Shown piece by piece: positions 45,018 to 55,584 of a DNA stretch of 64,000 bases. Below the pieces are notes generated by a model, which did no database searches, was not told the origin of the DNA, and saw only the letters and a list, made by a program, of their open reading frames with translations. The position numbers were made by a program, and so were the translations under genes. Every line of letters begins with the position of its first letter. Positions within the stretch are counted from its first letter, which is position 1. Source of the DNA: a virus (taxonomy: Duplodnaviria > Heunggongvirae > Uroviricota > Caudoviricetes); IMG/VR virus record IMGVR_UViG_2565956726_000008; one strand, 5' to 3'.

Positions 45018-45749
45018 ATGGCACTTGAAGATAAAATGATTCGCTATGCAGCAGCCCACCCGCGCGAGGAAGTGTGCGGGCTGGTGATAGATAACGATTA
45101 TTTTTACCCGTGCGCTAACGTGTCTGAAACGCCGCACAACAGCTTTAAAATCTCGCCTGACGATTATATCAAAGCTGACGAATTGGGCGTTATAACAGCC
45201 GTTTTCCACTCTCACGTTGAAGATATTCCGGTATTGTCGGCACGGGATCGACAACAGCAGGTTATTTCCGGCCTGCCGTGGTTTTTATGTTCCGGTGGCA
45301 GGGTTAGAAAATTCCGCCCGGTAGCGCACCTGTTAGGCCGAAAATTTGAGCACGGGAAAACAGACTGCTACGCGCTTTTCCGCGACGCATATCACCTTTG
45401 TGGCGTGGATCTACCGGACTTCGAGCGCCTTGATGGCTGGTGGCTGCGTGGGGAAAACCTGTACATAAAAAACCTGCCATTGAACGGGTTTTTCATGGTT
45501 GATGCGCAAAGCATTCAGCCTGGTGACGTGATTATTCGCCAGCCGTTCAAGGGTGCTGACCCATGTCACGCGATGATTTACCTGGGCGATAACACTGTTT
45601 TGCATCATGACAATGCCGGACTGCTAAGCCGCCGCGAGCAAATGCGGCCCGCGTATGTTCGACAAACGCATTCAATATGGAGATCTGACAAATGCTCAAA
45701 TTTAGATTTACGGGCAATCTTCGAAGATATTACGGCAAAGTGTGTTTAA
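45018..45749 (+). CDS. tail assembly protein, lambda K-like (JAMM/MPN + NlpC/P60)
   Basis: about 243 aa from ATG 45018 with aaggtggg RBS; HSHVEDIP and Cys/His peptidase-like region. Confidence 0.7.
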   Translation: MALEDKMIRYAAAHPREEVCGLVIDNDYFYPCANVSETPHNSFKISPDDYIKADELGVITAVFHSHVEDIPVLSARDRQQQVISGLPWFLCSGGRVRKFRPVAHLLGRKFEHGKTDCYALFRDAYHLCGVDLPDFERLDGWWLRGENLYIKNLPLNGFFMVDAQSIQPGDVIIRQPFKGADPCHAMIYLGDNTVLHHDNAGLLSRREQMRPAYVRQTHSIWRSDKCSNLDLRAIFEDITAKCV

Positions 45750-46222
45750 ACGTTGATACGCCAGCACAAGGACTTAGCCTATTGACCGCGCAGAATCAGG
45801 AGTTCAAGAAGGCTTTTTTAAATACACCTTTGCGGTTACGGATTGCCGGGAAAGATTATAACGAAAAGACGGCCCCGGCAGCGGTTAATAGTAAATACCC
45901 TGACGGAACTACCGTCATTATTGCGCCAGTAGTTGAAGGCGGTATTGCTGGGATTGGTGTTGTAGGCTGGATCCTGATTGGTGTTTCGGTGGTTAGCGTT
46001 GCGTTCTCAATCTTTATGTCCCGCAACATGAAGATAAAAACATCGGCAGAAAGCGCACAAGATAACACCATAACGAACAACACCTACACCAGCATTGAAA
46101 ACAAGGTGGGCCAGGGTAGACCAGTGCCAATACTATTAGGTGAAATGAAAATAGGTTCAAACGTCGGATCGTTAGGCATAGACACAAGCAACAATAGAGA
46201 CGCCTTAGACGTTGTAAGTTAA
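45692..46222 (+). CDS. tail assembly protein, lambda I-like
   Basis: 176 aa; hydrophobic Gly/Ile-rich central segment and ILLGEMKIGSNVGS resembling lambda gpI. Confidence 0.65.
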   Translation: MLKFRFTGNLRRYYGKVCLNVDTPAQGLSLLTAQNQEFKKAFLNTPLRLRIAGKDYNEKTAPAAVNSKYPDGTTVIIAPVVEGGIAGIGVVGWILIGVSVVSVAFSIFMSRNMKIKTSAESAQDNTITNNTYTSIENKVGQGRPVPILLGEMKIGSNVGSLGIDTSNNRDALDVVS

Positions 46223-46235
46223 CAGGAGAAAAACC

Positions 46236-49200
46236 ATGAGTAGCGGCGGCGGCAAAGCCAAAACACCAACATTATTGAACGATAACCTGTATCACAAACA
46301 GTTTTATCGTGTTTTAGATATTCTCAGCGAAGGGCCGATATACGGTCCGGTAAACCAGAAAGCGCCATTGAATGACGTGATGCTTAATGACACTCCTGTT
46401 ACTGACGCAAACGGGAATACATCAATTCCGGGGATTAGTATAGCCTGGCGCAACGGCACGGCTGACCAATCGCCGATTAATGGTTTTAACGCCATTGAGT
46501 CAACCGTTATTGTCAACGCAAAGGTAACTCACGACACACCAATAATCAGGACTGTTTCAGATCCAAACGTTACCCGCGTCAGGTTGAATCTTGGTGTTGA
46601 TGCTCTCGTTCAGTCAGATGAAAAGGGCAATCAATATAATACATCCGTCATGTTGATGGTTGATGTTAAACCGTCATCATCTTCTACGTGGTCGCTGATT
46701 AAAGACATACACATTGGCCCTGGTAAACAAAGCGGTGAATACCTGGAAGCTCACATCATTAAAGCGCCGGATGAAAAACCGTTTGATATTCGCGTTCGTC
46801 GCATAACACCAGACAGCAACGGCGATCTATTGCGGAATGATACGCGGTGGAGTAGTTACAGCGAAATAATAGATGATAATCTGTCTTATCCTCATACCGC
46901 TGTAGCTGGCGCCGTAATTGACCATGATCAGTATACTGATACGCCTACCCGCACCTATCACCTTCGCGGCCTGATTGTTGATGTGCCTGACAACTACAAC
47001 CCTGAAACGCGCACATATTCAGGTTTATGGCTTGGTGGATTTAAAAAGGCGTATACCAATAACCCTGCATGGCTTTTCCGGTATCTGGTTAAAAACGAGC
47101 GCTTTGGACTTGCTCGACATGCTGGTTACATTGATGTTGATGATGGCGCTTTGTACGTGCTTTCTCAATACTGCGATCAGTTGGTTGATGATGGCTATGG
47201 TGGCCTTGAACCTCGCATGACGCTTAACGCTTACATTACGGAGCAAATGAGCGCCCGCGACCTACTGGATAACATCGCAGGTATGTTCCGTGGTATCGCG
47301 TTATGGGACGGACAACGTCTTACCGTGATGATTGATGCGCCACAAGATCCAATCGCCACCATCACAAATGCAAACGTCGTTGATGGCGCGTTTACTCGTT
47401 CAAGTATCGCACGCGCAGAATGCTACAACGCCGTGATCGTATCCTGGACTGACCCTGAAAACGGCTGGGAGCAATCAAAAGAATATGTCGCAGATGATAA
47501 ACTAATCGCCCGTGATGGTTATAACGAAACCACGTTGGAGGCGTTCGGTTGCACTTCACGCGGGCAAGCGCACCGCGCTGGTAAATGGCTGATCGAAACA
47601 GCGAAACGCGAGCCGTCAAAATTCACATTTAAAATGGCCCGTGACGCCATTCACTTTACGCCGGGGGATATAATCGAGATCCTCGATAATAATCGCGCAG
47701 GCGCTCGTTTAGGCGGTCGCATCGTGGCGAACAATGGCAGAGCGATCACGGTCGACAAGGTTGATTCTGAATATATCGCGGCTGGCGACACCATCAGCTT
47801 ACTTGATAGCGATGGTAAATTTAAAAAACACCAGATCATCGGAGTTAACGGGAACATTATCACCCTTGCAGCCGCCCCGGCGTGGATTCGTAACGGCACT
47901 GTTTTTGCTGTATCAACCAACGCAGCAAAACCCGTTTTATGTCGAATCACCAGTGTAGCAGAAACAGAAAATAACAGCGTATACACCATCGAGGCCGCAC
48001 AGCATGATCCACATAAGCAGGCCGTAGTCGATAATGGCGCAATCTTCGAGATCAATAACGACACGCTTAATCACTTCCGCGTGCCGAACATTGAAAATCT
48101 GAAGGTGTTAAACGTTGGATCTGAAACGGTTCAATGTCGCGCAACATGGGAAACACAGACGACAACGCGTCGCCTGACCTTTGAGATTCGCGTGTATAAC
48201 GCCGAAGGCGCTGTAGTTAAAAGCTACGAAACCACGAATTACAGTTATGATTTTTATGGCATTGATGCTGGCAACTACTCATTAGGCATTCGTGGCAGAA
48301 ATGACACGGGCATGAAGGGTGCGGAAAGCATTGTCGATCTGGTTATTGGCGCACCAGCGGCCCCAGTTGGCGTTAATTGGGTTCCCGGTGTATTCCAGGC
48401 TACAGTTTACCCGATCAGCAGAACAACGCTCACCACTGATACCAGTTACGAGTTTTATTACTCAGGTGAAACGCAGATCACTGATCCGGCATCAATAACC
48501 ACTAAAGCACAATATACCGGGCGTGGTCATCAGTGGACGTTTGGCGGCATGAATACAGGTCACACATATTACGTTTATGTGCGCGCGCGTAACGCTTTTG
48601 GTGTGTCTGACTTTGTGGAAGCGTCAGGTAAGCCAACAGAAAACTTTGATGAAATTACCGATTACGTCACCAAAGACGTAATGAATTCCAAACAATTTAA
48701 AGAAATGGTTGGTGACATTAAAGATCTAGGCGACCGCACTGATCTTATCGAAAGCGCTACGAATGACCTTAAAACTGCTACTGACAACCTCAAAACTGCA
48801 ACTGATAATCTGACCAACATAACTGACGATTTAAGGACTGAAACTGACAACCTAACCATAGAAACAGGATCAATAAAAGCTGATACTGATACGCTCAAAA
48901 AAGAAACGGAAGATCTTTATAAAAAAGTTAAGGAAAACGCCGATGATATTGGACAGCATGAGTCGAGAATCGACTCGCTGGAGGTGTCTAGCGAAAAAGT
49001 TGGCAGCGAACTGGCGCAAGCAAAAGCAAGTCTGCAAAACGCCTCACTTGCTCTTATTAATAACTCGCTTGCACAGACTAACACTCGCGTAACTCTTACC
49101 GCTCAGTACAAGAAAGGCAGGACAGAGACGAAAGCGGAAATTGACCGCATTGACAACGTTATCGCTGAAGAGAAAAAAGCGACAGCGGAATCACTGGAAA

Positions 49201-51098
49201 CCATCACGGCAGAAATGAATGTGATGGACACAAACCTTAAAGGTCAGATCTCTAATGTGCAACGCGCAGTAGCTGACGAGGCCAGCGCCCGCGCTGAAGC
49301 TATTAACGGTGTAAATGCCTCAATAAGCAATCTTGACAAGAAAACTGACGCCAGCGTAAACCGTCTTGATCAGGCAATTGCAGACGAAACAAGTGCGCGT
49401 ACTCAGGCTATCAGCGACGTGAACGCAAGTATCTCAACACTTGACAAGAAAACTGACGCCAGCGTTAAGCGCCTCGATAATGCAATATCAGATGAAACGC
49501 AGGCAAGAAGCGACGCAATAACAGTGGTTAAAGCTGATTTAACAACGCTTGAAAATAACACAAATGCCAGTGTTAGCCGTCTTGATCAAGCTATCGCTGA
49601 TGAATCAAGCGCACGTGCTCAGGCGATATCAGGTATCAGCGCGACGCTTGGCGGCGTTAAAAGTGAGGTTGATAAAAACAGCGACGAGATAGATCAGGCG
49701 AAAGCAAGTCTGCAAAACGCATCTCTGGCGCTTATTAATAACTCAATGGCGCAAAGCAAGATGAGCACTGTTATTGAGGCGAAATACAGGAAAGGACAAA
49801 CAAAAACAAAAGCGGAAATAGCAAGGGTAGACACAGCAATCGCAGATGAGGCGAGCGCACGCGCAGAAGCTATTAGCGGGGTTAATGCGTCAATTTCCAC
49901 GCTCGATAGCAAGGTGACAAGCAACGTAACCAGGATGGATAAAGCGATCGCAGATGAGAAGAATGCACGCACTGACGCAATCAGCAGCCTTAACTCATCG
50001 CTTACCAGTACGATTAATTCGAAAGTATCCGAAGTGTCAACTGCACTTTCTACGCATGAAACATCAAGCGCGGAAAAATTTGGCCAGATCTCGGCATCTT
50101 TCGACGATGTAAACTCAAGCATCACGGAATGGTCACAGGCTATGGCAACGGCAGACGAGGCATTGTCAACCAGAATCGACCAGTTGAAAGTAACTATTAA
50201 CGGAAACACAACGGCGATAGAAACGACATCAAAAGCACTGACTGACTTCAAAGGTAACGTTGATGCGTCATATTCAATTAAGATTGCCACTGATAAAAAC
50301 GGTATGAAATACGCTACAGGAATGTCGCTCGGCCTTACTGGTAGCGGGACTAACGTTCAATCGCAGTGTATTTTCCTCGTTGACCGTTTCGTGCTTATGA
50401 CTGCGGCAGGTGGCTCCTATCAGACCCCGTTCTATGTTACTAACGGTGCTTGCTACATCCGTGATGCGTGGATCAGAGACGCATCAATCACTACCGCGAA
50501 GATTGCGCAGCAAATTCAGTCAACCAACTATAAAGCTGGTTCGGCTGGCTGGATGCTAAATAAAAACGGCAATGCGGAGTTCAACAACGTCACTGTACGC
50601 GGTACGGTGTACGCAACATCTGGTAAATTCACTGGTGAGATTCAGGCCACAAGCGGGAAGTTTAAAGGTACAGTAGAGGCAAAGTCATTTGTCGGTGACG
50701 TTGCTAACATGGGGGTTGGTCCAGATCGAGTGCTTGGGCATAACGGAAGTTATAGCGCAACCATCACATATAAAGACAGCACGGATAATGCATTGACGAA
50801 ATCAGTTATGCTTATGGCGACTATTTCATTAATGTCTGGTGAATATAGATCCACTTATAACGTAACGTTTAGTTGCGGAGATAAAAACAAAACAATTTCA
50901 TATTACGTGCCTTATGGTGGATGCACATTAACAGTGCAATGCGCTTTTTCTGGTTTAAAAGCATCAGATATTATCGGGAAAATATATTGTCCTCAAACAT
51001 CATCATCTGAAGGATACGCATATTGTACCGCGTTGTATTCTCCAACAATGATAGTAGCAAGAGGCACCGGATCATTTAGAACATCAACGACAGCATAA
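46236..51098 (+). CDS. central tail fibre / host specificity protein, lambda J-like
   Basis: 1620 aa; N-terminal two-thirds collinear by eye with lambda gpJ; C-terminal part carries repeated coiled modules and a distinct distal domain. Confidence 0.85.
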   Translation: MSSGGGKAKTPTLLNDNLYHKQFYRVLDILSEGPIYGPVNQKAPLNDVMLNDTPVTDANGNTSIPGISIAWRNGTADQSPINGFNAIESTVIVNAKVTHDTPIIRTVSDPNVTRVRLNLGVDALVQSDEKGNQYNTSVMLMVDVKPSSSSTWSLIKDIHIGPGKQSGEYLEAHIIKAPDEKPFDIRVRRITPDSNGDLLRNDTRWSSYSEIIDDNLSYPHTAVAGAVIDHDQYTDTPTRTYHLRGLIVDVPDNYNPETRTYSGLWLGGFKKAYTNNPAWLFRYLVKNERFGLARHAGYIDVDDGALYVLSQYCDQLVDDGYGGLEPRMTLNAYITEQMSARDLLDNIAGMFRGIALWDGQRLTVMIDAPQDPIATITNANVVDGAFTRSSIARAECYNAVIVSWTDPENGWEQSKEYVADDKLIARDGYNETTLEAFGCTSRGQAHRAGKWLIETAKREPSKFTFKMARDAIHFTPGDIIEILDNNRAGARLGGRIVANNGRAITVDKVDSEYIAAGDTISLLDSDGKFKKHQIIGVNGNIITLAAAPAWIRNGTVFAVSTNAAKPVLCRITSVAETENNSVYTIEAAQHDPHKQAVVDNGAIFEINNDTLNHFRVPNIENLKVLNVGSETVQCRATWETQTTTRRLTFEIRVYNAEGAVVKSYETTNYSYDFYGIDAGNYSLGIRGRNDTGMKGAESIVDLVIGAPAAPVGVNWVPGVFQATVYPISRTTLTTDTSYEFYYSGETQITDPASITTKAQYTGRGHQWTFGGMNTGHTYYVYVRARNAFGVSDFVEASGKPTENFDEITDYVTKDVMNSKQFKEMVGDIKDLGDRTDLIESATNDLKTATDNLKTATDNLTNITDDLRTETDNLTIETGSIKADTDTLKKETEDLYKKVKENADDIGQHESRIDSLEVSSEKVGSELAQAKASLQNASLALINNSLAQTNTRVTLTAQYKKGRTETKAEIDRIDNVIAEEKKATAESLETITAEMNVMDTNLKGQISNVQRAVADEASARAEAINGVNASISNLDKKTDASVNRLDQAIADETSARTQAISDVNASISTLDKKTDASVKRLDNAISDETQARSDAITVVKADLTTLENNTNASVSRLDQAIADESSARAQAISGISATLGGVKSEVDKNSDEIDQAKASLQNASLALINNSMAQSKMSTVIEAKYRKGQTKTKAEIARVDTAIADEASARAEAISGVNASISTLDSKVTSNVTRMDKAIADEKNARTDAISSLNSSLTSTINSKVSEVSTALSTHETSSAEKFGQISASFDDVNSSITEWSQAMATADEALSTRIDQLKVTINGNTTAIETTSKALTDFKGNVDASYSIKIATDKNGMKYATGMSLGLTGSGTNVQSQCIFLVDRFVLMTAAGGSYQTPFYVTNGACYIRDAWIRDASITTAKIAQQIQSTNYKAGSAGWMLNKNGNAEFNNVTVRGTVYATSGKFTGEIQATSGKFKGTVEAKSFVGDVANMGVGPDRVLGHNGSYSATITYKDSTDNALTKSVMLMATISLMSGEYRSTYNVTFSCGDKNKTISYYVPYGGCTLTVQCAFSGLKASDIIGKIYCPQTSSSEGYAYCTALYSPTMIVARGTGSFRTSTTA

Positions 51099-51100
51099 AA

Positions 51101-51129
51101 AACGGGGCATAAGCCCCGTTTTTTTTTAT
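51101..51129. terminator. bidirectional Rho-independent terminator
   Basis: aacggggc-ataa-gccccgtt + ttttttttt between convergent genes. Confidence 0.85.
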
Positions 51130-51138
51130 GCATTGTTT

Positions 51139-51384
51139 TTATTTTTTACACCCATCATTTACACCAGAAAAATGGATAGGTAAATTACATTCACTGTCAA
51201 TAATTTTACCTTGTAGTTGTTTTTCTTTCCATGAGTCAGTATTGAAATAACTCGAACGTTGGTTATCAAGGCCAGTATCACCATATTGAGCAGTGCCAGC
51301 ATCACTCTTATCTGTCGAATTTACAGAAGCAAAAGCACCAAAAGACAGAGCTGATAAGATGCAAGCAACAATTAGTTTTTTCAT
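51139..51384 (-). CDS. moron: small secreted protein (81 aa)
   Basis: ATG at 51384 with aaggtga RBS; signal peptide MKKLIVACILSALSFGAFA; two Cys near C-terminus. Confidence 0.55.
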   Translation of the reverse strand: MKKLIVACILSALSFGAFASVNSTDKSDAGTAQYGDTGLDNQRSSYFNTDSWKEKQLQGKIIDSECNLPIHFSGVNDGCKK

Positions 51385-51518
51385 TGTATTCACCTTACTG
51401 TTTGTTTTACTGTCATTTGTTGTTCGTGATGATCCACCCATCCGATGAGCAAATCACCGCAGAAGCTATCATTTCGTATGTTGATATAGATCAAAAAATA
51501 CACTATGTATAAGCCCAA

Positions 51519-51543
51519 AGTGTAACACAGATCACAAAATGGT
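51519..51543. repeat. Intergenic motif TGTAACACAGATCACAAAATGG
   Basis: Combines GTAA-N6-TCACA palindrome and ACAAAATGG motif, 40 bp upstream of side tail fibre start. Confidence 0.6.
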
Positions 51544-51581
51544 AGAATTGTTTAGTTAATTAACAAAACGGAGTTATTGCG

Positions 51582-53378
51582 ATGATTTACACAACAGGCA
51601 CTATAGCTGTTAGCGGAAACACAGTTACCGGGGCAGGGACTGAATTCAACGCCGCATTATCTCTGATCAGAGTGGGTTGCACTCTTATTGCCATTAGCGA
51701 TCCGGTGCAGATTTTTTCAATCACAAAGGTAAAAAGCGCAACAAGTTTGTCGGTAACTCCTGCGGCAAGTCCGGCTATTCCGGCTGGAACTAAATTTAGC
51801 ATCCTGCTTTCAGATTCGATCTCTGTGGATGGTCTTGCTCAGGATGTTGCCGAAACACTGCGTTACTACCAGGGCAAAGAATCAGAAATAGCTGACGCTG
51901 TGGAGTTTTTCAGCGACAACAAAGATGTGATTTCAGCATCAAAATTAGCATTAGCATCAGCTACCACTGCAACCAATGCGGCAACAACAGCGACAAGCGC
52001 CGCCGATTCAGCCAAGACATACAGAGACGAAGCCCACGAATACGCCAATCAGACCGCACAGCCTTACGCGTATGTTTTGCAACCGCTGCCGGACGTATGG
52101 ATACCGTTTAACGATTCTCTCGATATGATCACGGGCTACGGCCCTGGTACTAAAAAAGTAACCATTAATGGGGAAGAAAAAACAATATCATCAGATAAAG
52201 TTGTTTCTTTCTCACGCGCAAGCACTGCTACTTACATTAACAAATCAGGTGTTTTAACTGTGGCTGGTATTAATGAGCCACGTTTTGAACGCGAAGGATT
52301 ACTGATTGAGGGGACGCGCACAAACCTGTTAATAAACAGTACAGACCCTTCGAAGTGGAATAAGTCAACTTCACTGGACGTTACAGAAACAGGCACAGAT
52401 AGTTTTGGGTTTAATTATGGCCGGTTTGTCGTACAGGATTCGATTGTTGGTACAAGTAAAGCGCATACCATTATCGGACTGTATTCGAGTGCCGGAGGGG
52501 TTGATACTTCAGGGGACGAAAAGCATGTAACTATATCCTGTCGGGTAAAAAGTGAAGTTGATAATATCGCCGTTCGTATTTTATTTGAACATTATGATGG
52601 GGAGGTAAGGACATCAATAGGAGCAGCAAACCTGAACCTTACCACCCGCATAATTAGCAAGACAGGTCAGACAAGCCGTGTTACAGCAAGGTCTGTTAAG
52701 GATGATGCAACTGGCTGGATATTTTTTGAGGCTACATTAAAAGCAGATACAACAGAAAATACGGTTGGTGGTTTCGTCCAGTATTCTCCGGATACAGGTC
52801 AGATGGTGGCATCAGGGGATTGTCTCGATGTAACCACTCCACAGATTGAGGCTGGTGCAGGCGCATCATCTTTTATTGTTACGGGGTCGGCACCAGCAAC
52901 GCGGGCAAGCGATATGGTGACAGTCCCAATCAAGAATAACCTTTATAATCTTCCTTTTACGGTTCTTTGTGAGGTACATAAGAACTGGTATAAAACGCCA
53001 AATGCAGCGCCGCGTGTTTTTGATACCGGCGGTCATCAAACCGGAGCGGCGATCGTAATGGGGTTTGGTTCATCAGGTGGGTACGACGGTTTTCCGTATT
53101 GTGATATAGGTGGTTCAAACCGACGAATAAATGAAAATGCCGGGCTGGAAAAAATACTTATTGGTATGCGGGTAAAGTCCGAACGGTCCACATGTGTAGT
53201 CAGTAACGGTAAGTTAAGCAGCGAAACAAAAACAACCTGGACTTATATTCAAAGCTCCGCAACTATTCGTATCGGTGGTCAGACAACGACAGGACAACGT
53301 CATTTATTTGGTCATGTTAGAAATTTTCGAGTATGGCATAAGGCATTAACTGATGCGCAATTAAGCGAAATTGTTTAA
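51582..53378 (+). CDS. side tail fibre protein
   Basis: 598 aa; Ala/Thr/Ser-rich fibre-like repeats; position after J. Confidence 0.65.
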   Translation: MIYTTGTIAVSGNTVTGAGTEFNAALSLIRVGCTLIAISDPVQIFSITKVKSATSLSVTPAASPAIPAGTKFSILLSDSISVDGLAQDVAETLRYYQGKESEIADAVEFFSDNKDVISASKLALASATTATNAATTATSAADSAKTYRDEAHEYANQTAQPYAYVLQPLPDVWIPFNDSLDMITGYGPGTKKVTINGEEKTISSDKVVSFSRASTATYINKSGVLTVAGINEPRFEREGLLIEGTRTNLLINSTDPSKWNKSTSLDVTETGTDSFGFNYGRFVVQDSIVGTSKAHTIIGLYSSAGGVDTSGDEKHVTISCRVKSEVDNIAVRILFEHYDGEVRTSIGAANLNLTTRIISKTGQTSRVTARSVKDDATGWIFFEATLKADTTENTVGGFVQYSPDTGQMVASGDCLDVTTPQIEAGAGASSFIVTGSAPATRASDMVTVPIKNNLYNLPFTVLCEVHKNWYKTPNAAPRVFDTGGHQTGAAIVMGFGSSGGYDGFPYCDIGGSNRRINENAGLEKILIGMRVKSERSTCVVSNGKLSSETKTTWTYIQSSATIRIGGQTTTGQRHLFGHVRNFRVWHKALTDAQLSEIV

Positions 53379-53388
53379 GGTGGTTAAC

Positions 53389-53655
53389 ATGAAAGACGTT
53401 AGCTTGCAATTTACTGACAAACAGCAATACAACGACATTGTGATTAATAGCGGCTGGCTGGATGCCAATTGGTCAACCGTGTTTATTGATGATATCGGTT
53501 TTGTCCTTGTATTCGACGATCCAGAAAGCGAGACACCTGTACTTATTGGGAAAAAAGGTTATTACGTCAACGTGCGTATAACTGGTGACGATGTTGATAT
53601 TTCTCAGCTTGAGCCTTTCATCGTTCCAGATCCAGGCGTCCGCGCATGGGCTTAA
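53389..53655 (+). CDS. hypothetical protein, possible fibre accessory/assembly factor (88 aa)
   Basis: ATG at 53389 with aaggtgg RBS; last phage ORF before host DNA. Confidence 0.4.
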   Translation: MKDVSLQFTDKQQYNDIVINSGWLDANWSTVFIDDIGFVLVFDDPESETPVLIGKKGYYVNVRITGDDVDISQLEPFIVPDPGVRAWA

Positions 53656-53696
53656 TGATGCGGCAGTGATAGCATGGTGATGTTGAAAGCATCGCC

Positions 53697-53730
53697 GAGA
53701 AACGAGGCTAACGCCTCGTTTCTTTTTGTG
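53697..53730 (+). terminator. Rho-independent terminator at end of late operon
   Basis: gagaaacgaggc-taa-cgcctcgtttc + tttttgtg. Confidence 0.7.
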
Positions 53731-54102
53731 TACCAAATAGTGACCAAATATCAAAAACTAAAATCAAAAACAACATAACATTATGTTTTATAAATGATTA
53801 TTCGTTACACTAATCATTCCAGACAGGACTGGTGAGTAAGTCCAGGGTATTGAAGTTGTGCGTAATCATTGAGATCCCGTTATTTTTATCAATTTTTGTT
53901 GCTATCCGATCGCAAAAAAGCCACGTCATATGATCAGATAATTCTGATAATGATAGACGCTATTTAACACTTCACACGGTTTGTATATGGAAAAGCATTT
54001 TGCTTTTTGTATTCAATTTAGACAGAATTTTATTAATCATTTCAGGGTAATGGGGTGATGAGATGTTGCGTAACAGGGCCAGAAGGCTAGACTACAAAAT
54101 AA

Positions 54103-55107
<1,005 letters not shown>

Positions 55108-55381
55108 CAAAAGCAATTTTTCCGGCTATCTGTATACAAAAACGCCGCAAAGTTTGAGCGAAGTCAATAAACTCTCTACCCATTCAGGGCAATATCTCTC
55201 TTGCAGGTGAATGCAACGTCAAGCGATGGGCGTTGCGCTCCATATTGTCTTACTTCCTTTTTTGAATTACTGCATAGCACAATTGATTCGTACGACGCCG
55301 ACTTTGATGAGTCGGCTTTTTTTTGCCTGTTATTTATCAGCGTCTACCCTTTAAGAGTCCACCCAATGACCGGAGGGAAAT

Positions 55382-55555
55382 ATGACGACACTTATTTATT
55401 TGCAAATTCCTGTCCCTGAACCGATTCCTGGCGATCCTGTTCCAGTGCCCGATCCGATCCCTCGCCCGCAACCCATGCCTGACCCACCACCCGATGAAGA
55501 ACCGATTAAATTGTCGCATCGTGAGCGTAGATCTGCGAGGATACGCGCCTGCTAA
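55382..55555 (+). CDS. small proline-rich protein (57 aa), uncertain
   Basis: ATG with ggagggaaat RBS; PVPEPIPGDPVPVPDPIPRPQPMPDPPPDEEP. Confidence 0.25.
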   Translation: MTTLIYLQIPVPEPIPGDPVPVPDPIPRPQPMPDPPPDEEPIKLSHRERRSARIRAC

Positions 55556-55584
55556 CTTTGCGTCGATGACCACGAGAATAGATT

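Larger units (their letters stand above)
1..53730. mobile_element. Temperate lambdoid-type siphovirus prophage, partial (integrase end lies beyond left edge of window)
   Basis: Contiguous phage gene set from AlpA-like Xis through replication, immunity, recombination, lysis, packaging, head and lambda-like tail genes; ends shortly before host zntB. Confidence 0.85.

Noticed and set aside
49694-50290. 198-aa minus-strand ORF inside the J-like gene
   Set aside because: Antisense frame within a well-supported long coding gene; low-complexity translation; no RBS
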